The notes beneath the pieces were generated by a model. It did no database searches and was not told the DNA's origin. It worked only from the letters and a program-made list of their open reading frames with translations. Shown here piece after piece: positions 37,323-45,094 of a DNA stretch of 64,000 nucleotides (within the stretch, counting starts at the first letter, position 1; every line of letters begins with the position of its first letter). Made by a program: the position numbers and the translations under genes. Source of the DNA: a virus; IMG/VR virus record IMGVR_UViG_3300025138_000013; one strand, 5' to 3'.

Positions 37323-39068
37323 ATGTCTGAAGAAATATTTGTAAATATAGAAACGGAAATCCAGCAACCGTACAATGCTCGAGTTCCAGTAAATGGTCAA
37401 GAACCAAACATTAGACAGACACAGTCTATCTATACAGCTGAATCTCGTCAGCCCTCAACATATCAATACAGGTCTCCACATATATACACTAGGCCTGTTT
37501 CTGCACAAGAACCAAACATAAGGAATGCAAGGTCACCCTTTACTTATGCAAGACAGGGTCAGACACCTACAATCTATCAACATCAAAGTCCATTCACATA
37601 TGCAAGACAAGCACTGCAACCAGCAACATATGATTTTCAGCAACCATATCCCTATATTGCAACTGCTCAAGAACCAAATGCAAGGTCTTTACAAACTTCT
37701 TATCCTTATATTGCAAATGCTAGACAGCCTGGGTTCTACCAACACCCTAGTCCATTCATATATCAAAACCCTGTAAATGCCCAAGAACCAAACATAAGAG
37801 ATACACAACAACCATATCCTTATATTGCAGTTGCTCAAGAAGCAAATCAAGTAGCTGCACAAGAACCTAATATACGTAATAAGCAGACACCGTTTACTTA
37901 TAATCATAGGTCACCATTCACTTACAGAAATCCAGTGAATAAACAAGAACCTAATATTAGAAACCAACAAGAACCTAATATAAGAAATCAGCAAGAACCT
38001 AATATTAGAAACAGTCAAACAGCGTTTACTTATAATCATAGGTCACCATTTACATATAGGAATCCTGTATCTGCACAACAACCTACTATTAAGAATGCAC
38101 AACAGCCTACTATTAAGAACCAACAGGAACCTAATATTAGAAATGCACAAGCAGCGTTTAATTATAATCATAGGTCACCGTCTACTTATCAGACTCCTGT
38201 TAATAAACAAAATCCTTATCCCTATAGTGCAAATTCTCAGACTGCTTTTACATATCAACATAGGTCACCATTTACTTATGCAAGACAGGGTCAAACACCA
38301 ACGACTTATAATGTACAGACACCAGCAACTACAAGTTCATCAACTCCAATAATTGCCCAACAACCTTCCATATATGATGGAGTGGATGGAGAGGATGCAC
38401 CAAACAATGCAGGCAACACTACTTGGGGCCCAGGCAACAGTGCAGCGATTCATATTAACGCGGGTCAATCTCAGTCAGGCCTCACAACAACAAATAGAAC
38501 TTGGGAAACAGTAAGAACTCATTCTTCAGCTAGTGAAACAAGTGGCAGTTGCTTAATGCGATTCGATTGGCAATCCAGTGGTACCAATGCATATTCAGTT
38601 AAAGCAAAATGGTATGCAGTCGATAGCGCAGCAATGGGCCCAGTTTATGAAGACTATATTAACTTCTATGGAGACTTCCAAGGTGATAGTCAAGATGGAG
38701 ATGGTATAGAGATATCTGCTAAATGGAATTCTAGTTCTGACTTTGATGACAGTAATTTTAGTGGTTCAGTTGAATTTCCAAATGATTCAGCTAACGAAAC
38801 TGGTGCAAAAGTTAAAAACCAATACTATATGATTTGGGATGGAGAACAAAATAGTGATAGTGCAACAGCGGTAGGGTTTAAGTGGTCTGCAAATTCTGGC
38901 AATAGTAACCAATCGGGTTCTTTAGGTTATTTGCAGTCTTCAAACGTTTCAATACAATTAAAAGTTGTGAATGGTAATGATTCGGGTAATCCTACTATCT
39001 ATACAACAAACCCAACGAATCAAATGATTCGATTGTCCATGGCTAAAGGTTCGGGGGCATTATTATAA
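37323..39068 (+). CDS. repeat filament protein A (about 335 aa of Pro-delimited modules plus a ~230-aa C-terminal globular domain)
   Basis: QEPNIR / YxHRSPFTY modules; module order is the mirror complement of ORF 39068. Confidence 0.8.
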   Translation: MSEEIFVNIETEIQQPYNARVPVNGQEPNIRQTQSIYTAESRQPSTYQYRSPHIYTRPVSAQEPNIRNARSPFTYARQGQTPTIYQHQSPFTYARQALQPATYDFQQPYPYIATAQEPNARSLQTSYPYIANARQPGFYQHPSPFIYQNPVNAQEPNIRDTQQPYPYIAVAQEANQVAAQEPNIRNKQTPFTYNHRSPFTYRNPVNKQEPNIRNQQEPNIRNQQEPNIRNSQTAFTYNHRSPFTYRNPVSAQQPTIKNAQQPTIKNQQEPNIRNAQAAFNYNHRSPSTYQTPVNKQNPYPYSANSQTAFTYQHRSPFTYARQGQTPTTYNVQTPATTSSSTPIIAQQPSIYDGVDGEDAPNNAGNTTWGPGNSAAIHINAGQSQSGLTTTNRTWETVRTHSSASETSGSCLMRFDWQSSGTNAYSVKAKWYAVDSAAMGPVYEDYINFYGDFQGDSQDGDGIEISAKWNSSSDFDDSNFSGSVEFPNDSANETGAKVKNQYYMIWDGEQNSDSATAVGFKWSANSGNSNQSGSLGYLQSSNVSIQLKVVNGNDSGNPTIYTTNPTNQMIRLSMAKGSGALL

Positions 39069-40240
39069 TGGCTATTGCTCAACAACCATATAGTTTACAA
39101 CAACCTACTATAGTTTCATATAGGATGCCTTCTATAGCAAGTAAACAGAATCCTTATCCATATATTGCAGCTGCAAGAGCACCTCATATTAGAGAAGCAA
39201 GACAGCCTTCTACATATGATAGACAAGGACAGACACCTACTACATATAGAAATCCAGTGAATGCACAAGAACCTAATATTAGAGAAGCAAGACAACCTAG
39301 TACATACCAACATAGAAGTCCTTTAACATATAGTCACAGGTCACCATTTACCTATCAACATAGGTCACCGTTCACTTATAGAAGTCCAGTGGATGCACAG
39401 GAACCAAACATAAGAGAGGCAAGACAACCTAATACATATAACCATAGAAGTCCTTTAACATATAGTCACAGGTCACCGTCTACGTATCAACATCAAAGTC
39501 CACTCACATATAGAAGTCCAGTGGATGCACAGCAACCAAACATAAGAGGTGCAAGACAACCTAGTTCGTATGAACATAGGTCACCGTTCACCTATGAGAC
39601 AAGAAGTCCATTTACATATGCAAGACAAGCAATAAGACAAGTTGCATATCAACATCAAAGTCCGTTCACTTATCAGAAATCTAGTAATGCACAAACAAAT
39701 GTTGTAAAGGCAAATCAAACACCATTTACGTATCAAAGAACTGGTCAACAACCAAGTATCTATCAACATAGAAGTCCATTTACGTATGCTAGACAAGGTC
39801 AACAACCAGCTATTGGTAACCGTGATGTACCTTATCCATATATTGCAATTGGAAATCAACCTGTTGCTAGGGATAAGCAATTACCTTATCCATATATTGC
39901 AGCTGGACAAACTCCGTCAACGTATAACCATAGAAGTCCGTTCACATATCAAAGCACAGTACAAGGACAAGAACCTAATATAAGAAATACACAATCACCT
40001 TTCTTCTATAATGCTGGTTCTCAGATATCATATCAACATCAAAGTCCGTTTACCTATCAAGTGACTTACTCACATCAAAGAGTCATACCTAGATATGCAA
40101 AAGTTAAAGGTGTATTCATTAATGATAATGGAACTCTGAAAAAGGTAGAAGAAGCTTATGTAAATGATGGTGGAACTGCAAAGAAAACACATCAATCTGT
40201 ACCGACTGCTCAGTTCCCATTTGGTGAGTTTGGTGCTTAA
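39068..40240 (+). CDS. repeat filament protein B (partner of A)
   Basis: Coupled to A by a TAATG overlap; C-terminal VFINDNG/AYVNDGG hairpin repeats. Confidence 0.8.
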   Translation: MAIAQQPYSLQQPTIVSYRMPSIASKQNPYPYIAAARAPHIREARQPSTYDRQGQTPTTYRNPVNAQEPNIREARQPSTYQHRSPLTYSHRSPFTYQHRSPFTYRSPVDAQEPNIREARQPNTYNHRSPLTYSHRSPSTYQHQSPLTYRSPVDAQQPNIRGARQPSSYEHRSPFTYETRSPFTYARQAIRQVAYQHQSPFTYQKSSNAQTNVVKANQTPFTYQRTGQQPSIYQHRSPFTYARQGQQPAIGNRDVPYPYIAIGNQPVARDKQLPYPYIAAGQTPSTYNHRSPFTYQSTVQGQEPNIRNTQSPFFYNAGSQISYQHQSPFTYQVTYSHQRVIPRYAKVKGVFINDNGTLKKVEEAYVNDGGTAKKTHQSVPTAQFPFGEFGA

Positions 40241-40263
40241 TTCATAAGTAAAACTTAAAAAGG

Positions 40264-40271
40264 TATAAATA
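40264..40271 (+). promoter_or_regulatory. T4-type late promoter
   Basis: TATAAATA, 5 nt before ATG 40277. Confidence 0.75.
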
Positions 40272-40276
40272 GATAT

Positions 40277-40606
40277 ATGGCTATTCTTGCAAACATATTT
40301 ATCGACCAACATACAGACTTCAGCATTACTGTAGATGTCACCGATGCAACTGGAAATGTTCTTAACTTAACAGGTTATACTGCAGCTGCACAAATGAGAA
40401 AGACATATACTTCAACAAATGCAAGTGCAACATTCAGTACTGTAGTATCAGCGCCTGATGGTAAGGTAACTTTATTATTAACCGATACTGTTACTGGTGC
40501 ATTGGAGCCAGGCAGGTATGTTTACGATATGACTGTAACTAGTGGTTCAACAACGACTAGAGTAATAGAAGGACAAGCCATCGTAACCCCAAGTGTGACG
40601 AGGTAA
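40277..40606 (+). CDS. small virion/fibre-associated beta-sandwich protein
   Basis: NI.IDQ..DFS, LNLTGYT.AAQMRK, GRYVYD, RVIEG...VTP.VTR. Confidence 0.7.
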   Translation: MAILANIFIDQHTDFSITVDVTDATGNVLNLTGYTAAAQMRKTYTSTNASATFSTVVSAPDGKVTLLLTDTVTGALEPGRYVYDMTVTSGSTTTRVIEGQAIVTPSVTR

Positions 40607-40610
40607 TAAT

Positions 40611-40856
40611 ATGGCAATTAGAGGAACATTAAGTAGAGTTGTAACCGTCGGTGGTAAAGTCACTGGTGGTGGAAACATCAAAGCAACACAGGTTGCTATG
40701 GGTGGAACTTCTGCAGCCCAAACAGACATCACTGCAAAATCAATCAATGAACTTGCAGACGTAAATGCTTCGGAAACAGATGATGGATTACTATCATATG
40801 ACCAAGCATCAGACAAATGGACTACAACTACCGTTTTAGACGGTGGGACATTCTAA
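40611..40856 (+). CDS. small fibre-associated protein ending in DGGTF
   Basis: 81 aa, L.DV...DG.LL.YD....KW, C-terminal LDGGTF. Confidence 0.65.
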   Translation: MAIRGTLSRVVTVGGKVTGGGNIKATQVAMGGTSAAQTDITAKSINELADVNASETDDGLLSYDQASDKWTTTTVLDGGTF

Positions 40857-40999
40857 AACACTAAATAAGTGTACAAATCAAGGTTGTCGACAGTGAGACA
40901 ACGACCCACATTGTGAGTGGACAGACTATATAATGAACTCAACTTCTCGGGATAGTGAACGAGAAACATAACTAATAATTTTATTTAAAGGAAATAAAA

Positions 41000-42607
41000 A
41001 TGGCAACAGTAATTCAGATTAAAAGAAGTACAGGTGTATCTGCACCAGCTATCTCCGACTTAGCGGAAGGTGAATTAGCGTACGTACAGGATAGGTCGAA
41101 TTCGGGTGCTGGAGCAAAACTATTCATCGAATCAGTAGATTCTGATAATAGTACACCGTTAATCCAAGCAATTGGTGGTAAGTACTATACAGATATGCTT
41201 GCTGGTACAAGTGCAACTCCTGCCGACCTTAAGGTTGGTAATAGTGCAAGTACAGGTGGTAGTTTAAAGTTAATGGAAGACACAGACAACGGAACAAACT
41301 TCGTTGCCCTTAAATCTCCAAACACTTTAGGTTCTTCAGTAACGTGGACTCTTCCTTCAACAGACGGTAGTGCAAACCAAGTCATCGGTACAGATGGTTC
41401 GGGTCAACTTGCATTCTTATCAACAACATCAACCCTAGCAGGTGCAACGGATTCAGATATTTCTTCTCCAGCAGCAGGACACGTTCTTGTTCATGACGGA
41501 AGTAACTCTTTTGACAACAAACCAATAAGTGGTGATGTTACTATGGCATCTAGTGGTGCTGTAACAATCGCAAACGATGCTGTAGAAACAGCAATGATTG
41601 CAGACAGTAATGTAACAGTAGGAAAAATCGACTTCTTAGTAGACGAAGACAATATGGCTTCTAACTCTGCAGTCAAAGTTCCTTCTCAGCAATCTGTTAA
41701 AGCATATGTAGACAGTAGTGTAACCGCTTCAGACTTAGATATGGCTGGTGATAGTGGAACTGGTGCAGTCGACTTAGACTCTCAGTCAATCACATTTACT
41801 GGTGGAACTGGTGTAACAACTTCTGTTTCAGGTCAAGCAGCGACTTTCGCTATTGGTCAGGCAGTTGGAACTTCAGACAACGTATCATTCGGTAACGTAA
41901 CAGTTGGCGGAACACTAAACTCAGACGATATCACTGCAACAACATTGACTGCAAGTGGTAACGTTGTTGTAACAGGTAACTTAAGTGTTAACGGTACTAC
42001 TACAACAGTAAATAGTACAACTGTTTCTATCGCAGACCCAGTGTTTGAAATTGGTTCAGATAGTTCAGACGATAACTTAGACCGTGGTATTAAATTCAAA
42101 TATAACGATGGAGCTGCTAAACTCGGTTTCTTCGGTATGGACGAAAATAATCAGAAATTTGTTGCTCTTAAAGCTGCAACAGATTCTTCTTCAGTATTCA
42201 GTGGTACAGCGATGGACGGTGTATTCGGTGGATTAGAAGCAAGTGGTCTTGCATTAAGTGGTTCAATCACTTCTGTAGACGGTGCTGCTCCAACAGCTGG
42301 TCAAATAATGATGGGTACTGGTTCAGACTTTGCAGTTGGAACTATTACTGCTGGTGATGGAATTGATGTTACTAACGGAAGTGGAAGCATTACAATCAGT
42401 TCTGAGCAATCTACTGCATCTAATTTAGGTGTTGTAATTGTAGCAGCTGGAGATGGTATGGACGTATCATACTCAAGCGGAACAGCAACTGTAAGTGGTG
42501 AAGATGCAACAACATCCAATAAAGGTATTGCAAGTTTTGCTACAGCAAACTTTACAGTATCAAGTGGTGCAGTTTCAATCACTGGTATTGACGGCGGAAC
42601 ATTTTAA
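41000..42607 (+). CDS. tail fibre segment
   Basis: MATVIQIKRS..P..L.EGELA N-terminus, GNL.VNGTTTTVNST repeat, C-terminal IDGGTF. Confidence 0.75.
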   Translation: MATVIQIKRSTGVSAPAISDLAEGELAYVQDRSNSGAGAKLFIESVDSDNSTPLIQAIGGKYYTDMLAGTSATPADLKVGNSASTGGSLKLMEDTDNGTNFVALKSPNTLGSSVTWTLPSTDGSANQVIGTDGSGQLAFLSTTSTLAGATDSDISSPAAGHVLVHDGSNSFDNKPISGDVTMASSGAVTIANDAVETAMIADSNVTVGKIDFLVDEDNMASNSAVKVPSQQSVKAYVDSSVTASDLDMAGDSGTGAVDLDSQSITFTGGTGVTTSVSGQAATFAIGQAVGTSDNVSFGNVTVGGTLNSDDITATTLTASGNVVVTGNLSVNGTTTTVNSTTVSIADPVFEIGSDSSDDNLDRGIKFKYNDGAAKLGFFGMDENNQKFVALKAATDSSSVFSGTAMDGVFGGLEASGLALSGSITSVDGAAPTAGQIMMGTGSDFAVGTITAGDGIDVTNGSGSITISSEQSTASNLGVVIVAAGDGMDVSYSSGTATVSGEDATTSNKGIASFATANFTVSSGAVSITGIDGGTF

Positions 42608-42645
42608 TTAATATTTCATCAATCAATCAATACTAGGAGAGTAAC

Positions 42646-43473
42646 ATGGCAACAGTTATTAATTTTAAAAGAAGTTCGACTCAGAATGCAGTCCCGACTA
42701 CTAGTGATTTATCACTAGGTGAAGTCGCGATTAATACCTATCATGGTAGAATGTATACTGAAAAGAACGATGGGTCAGCAGCGGTTTCTGAAATCGGTTC
42801 TAATCCTAAAACTCTTACTGTTAATGACGCCTACTCCTTTCCATCAAGTGACGGAACATCGAACCAAGTATTGTCAACGAATGGCTCAGGCACACTTTCA
42901 TTTAGTAATCAACCATCAAGTGGAGTTGTAACATTTACCTACACTATAGGCTCAACGACAACAGTCATCACTGGAAACGATGATGATAGTAACTCGTTAG
43001 TTTATCAAGCAGGTAGTGAACAAGTTTACTTAAATGGTGTAAAACTAATTGGTGGTGGCATTGACTATGCAACGACATCCAGTTCGGTCATTACCCTTCA
43101 AGCAAATGCTTTAAGTGGTGATGTGTTAGAAATAGTTGCAATCACAGCTGCAGCGAACCTTGTACAAGGGTTCTTTACTGCAAGTGTTTTAACAGCAACA
43201 ACAGCAGACCAAGTATTATCTTCAAATGCAGTTGCAATAAAGGCAGTTAAATATGTCATTAATGCAACTCATGCTTCGGCAGGGACACATGCAAGTGAAG
43301 TATTACTTATTAATAACGGCTCGAATGCATACTTCACGCAATATGGTGATGTGTATTCAACAGCAAGTTTGTTTACATTGAGTGCAGACGTTGACTCGGG
43401 GGCAATGAGATTACTCGTTACTCCAGCCAATACAAACACTACAATTGATACATTCCAAATTAGACATTCTTAA
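42646..43473 (+). CDS. tail fibre segment / adaptor
   Basis: MATVINFKRS..P..L.LGEVAIN N-terminus, DGT.NQVL.T.GSG.L.F, C-terminal domain shared with the next two ORFs. Confidence 0.7.
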   Translation: MATVINFKRSSTQNAVPTTSDLSLGEVAINTYHGRMYTEKNDGSAAVSEIGSNPKTLTVNDAYSFPSSDGTSNQVLSTNGSGTLSFSNQPSSGVVTFTYTIGSTTTVITGNDDDSNSLVYQAGSEQVYLNGVKLIGGGIDYATTSSSVITLQANALSGDVLEIVAITAAANLVQGFFTASVLTATTADQVLSSNAVAIKAVKYVINATHASAGTHASEVLLINNGSNAYFTQYGDVYSTASLFTLSADVDSGAMRLLVTPANTNTTIDTFQIRHS

Positions 43474-43487
43474 GGGGGGATTAACTA

Positions 43488-43901
43488 ATGGCAAAATCAA
43501 ATAGTTTTAAATTAGCAGAATTAATCCGTGTCTTCCAGTACGATACATCGTCAGATAAAATCAGTACAAGTAAGACCCTTTTAGATGCAAACAGAAGTAA
43601 AGGCGATTTAACTACTACTGCAACTACCCAAGTTAACTTGGATACGTTTGCAAAAGCAAGTTATAGAGCTGCACGATATGTTATTGCAATGACTGAAGGG
43701 GGTGATTTTCATAGTACCGAACTAATGTTAGTTCATGATGGTACCAATGTAACATTAACAGCTTACGGCACGTTAAAAAGTGGTTCTGTTCTGGCAACCT
43801 TTGATGCAGATATAAGTGGGAGTGACCTCAGATTGAGAATCACACCTGCTACAACTTCATCAACCGTTACTAAATTTGATAGAACAACAGTAGACGCATA
43901 A
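43488..43901 (+). CDS. fibre adaptor domain protein
   Basis: DTFA..SYRAARY...STE....HDGT.....YG....LATF.ADI...LRL domain. Confidence 0.65.
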   Translation: MAKSNSFKLAELIRVFQYDTSSDKISTSKTLLDANRSKGDLTTTATTQVNLDTFAKASYRAARYVIAMTEGGDFHSTELMLVHDGTNVTLTAYGTLKSGSVLATFDADISGSDLRLRITPATTSSTVTKFDRTTVDA

Positions 43902-43921
43902 ACAAAAGACCAAAATCTTTT

Positions 43922-43948
43922 AAGGGGAACTTCGGTTCCCCTTTTTTT
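43922..43948 (+). terminator. rho-independent terminator
   Basis: AAGGGGAAC-TTCG-GTTCCCCTT followed by a T tract. Confidence 0.9.
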
Positions 43949-43951
43949 AGC

Positions 43952-43959
43952 TATAAATA
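43952..43959 (+). promoter_or_regulatory. T4-type late promoter
   Basis: TATAAATA, 5 nt before ATG 43965. Confidence 0.75.
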
Positions 43960-43964
43960 GAACT

Positions 43965-44798
43965 ATGGCAACTCAATCTAAATTTTTAGCAGATGTAGGG
44001 ATACAAACAGCAGGAGATACATCCATAGGTGGGAATCTTGTTGTTACTGGTGACCTAACTGTTAACGGAACCAATACAATTATTGATTCTACAACCCAAT
44101 CGGTTACAGATTCATTGATAGAACTTGCAAGTGGTAATACAACTGCAGATACTATTGACATTGGTATATATGGTAACTATAATGACGGTCTAAGTGGAGA
44201 GGGTGGTGCAAGTGAATATACAGGTCTATTTAGAGACGCGTCAGACTCCACATGGAAGTTATTTGATGGTCTAGAAGTAGAACCTTCTACCACAGTTAAT
44301 ATGAGTGGTAGTGGTTATGCATTAGCAGACTTACATGTTGGTGACTTAGTTGCAACAACATTGACTGCAACAAATAGTTTAACAGGTGCAAGTATTACTT
44401 ACCCAACTTCAGATGGAAGTAGTGGTCAAGTATTAACTACAAATGGTAGTGGAACACTAACCTTTGCAACACCTACAGGTTTAGAAGGTGGAACAGTAAC
44501 GACTACATCAACCTCTGAAGCAACTATGGATACCTTTGCAACTGGCTCTTATAGAAGTGCAAAGTATGAAGTATCTATATCAGATTCAACAAGTGGAACG
44601 TATCAGTTCACAGAACTTTCAATAGTTCATAATGGAACAACTGCAAGTGTGTCTCAGTACGGTACAGTCCTTACAGGGAATTCAGAACTTGCAACATTTG
44701 GAGTAGATATCAATATAGGAACTCTAAGAATTAGAGCAACTTCTGCTTCTTCAAATTCAACCGTCTATAAATTTAAAAAGATTTTAGTAGATGTATAA
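43965..44798 (+). CDS. tail fibre segment
   Basis: GNL.VTGDL.VNGT, YTGLFRDASD..WKLF, C-terminal YRSAKY domain. Confidence 0.7.
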   Translation: MATQSKFLADVGIQTAGDTSIGGNLVVTGDLTVNGTNTIIDSTTQSVTDSLIELASGNTTADTIDIGIYGNYNDGLSGEGGASEYTGLFRDASDSTWKLFDGLEVEPSTTVNMSGSGYALADLHVGDLVATTLTATNSLTGASITYPTSDGSSGQVLTTNGSGTLTFATPTGLEGGTVTTTSTSEATMDTFATGSYRSAKYEVSISDSTSGTYQFTELSIVHNGTTASVSQYGTVLTGNSELATFGVDINIGTLRIRATSASSNSTVYKFKKILVDV

Positions 44799-44875
44799 AA
44801 TACGATACTTATGAGTGGGCAGAATCGATAAATAAATGTATCACCCCTCAAGGTAAACCTTAAAAGGACACATAA

Positions 44876-45094
44876 ATGGCAACACAAAATACATTCGTAA
44901 TTGAGTACGGACTTACAGTTGGTTCAACAGAAGTTATTTCCTCTGCAGGAAAACTAGCTGTATCAGCAATATCTTTACTTACTTCAGATAACTTAACGGA
45001 AGGTTCTTCGAACCAATACTTTACTTCAAGTAGATTTAACACTTCATTCGATACTAGATTATCAAATGCAGTTATTGATGGGGGTACAATCTAA
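44876..45094 (+). CDS. small fibre linker protein
   Basis: FVIEYGLTVG N-terminus like ORF 45094, LTEGSSNQYFT, C-terminal IDGGTI. Confidence 0.65.
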   Translation: MATQNTFVIEYGLTVGSTEVISSAGKLAVSAISLLTSDNLTEGSSNQYFTSSRFNTSFDTRLSNAVIDGGTI

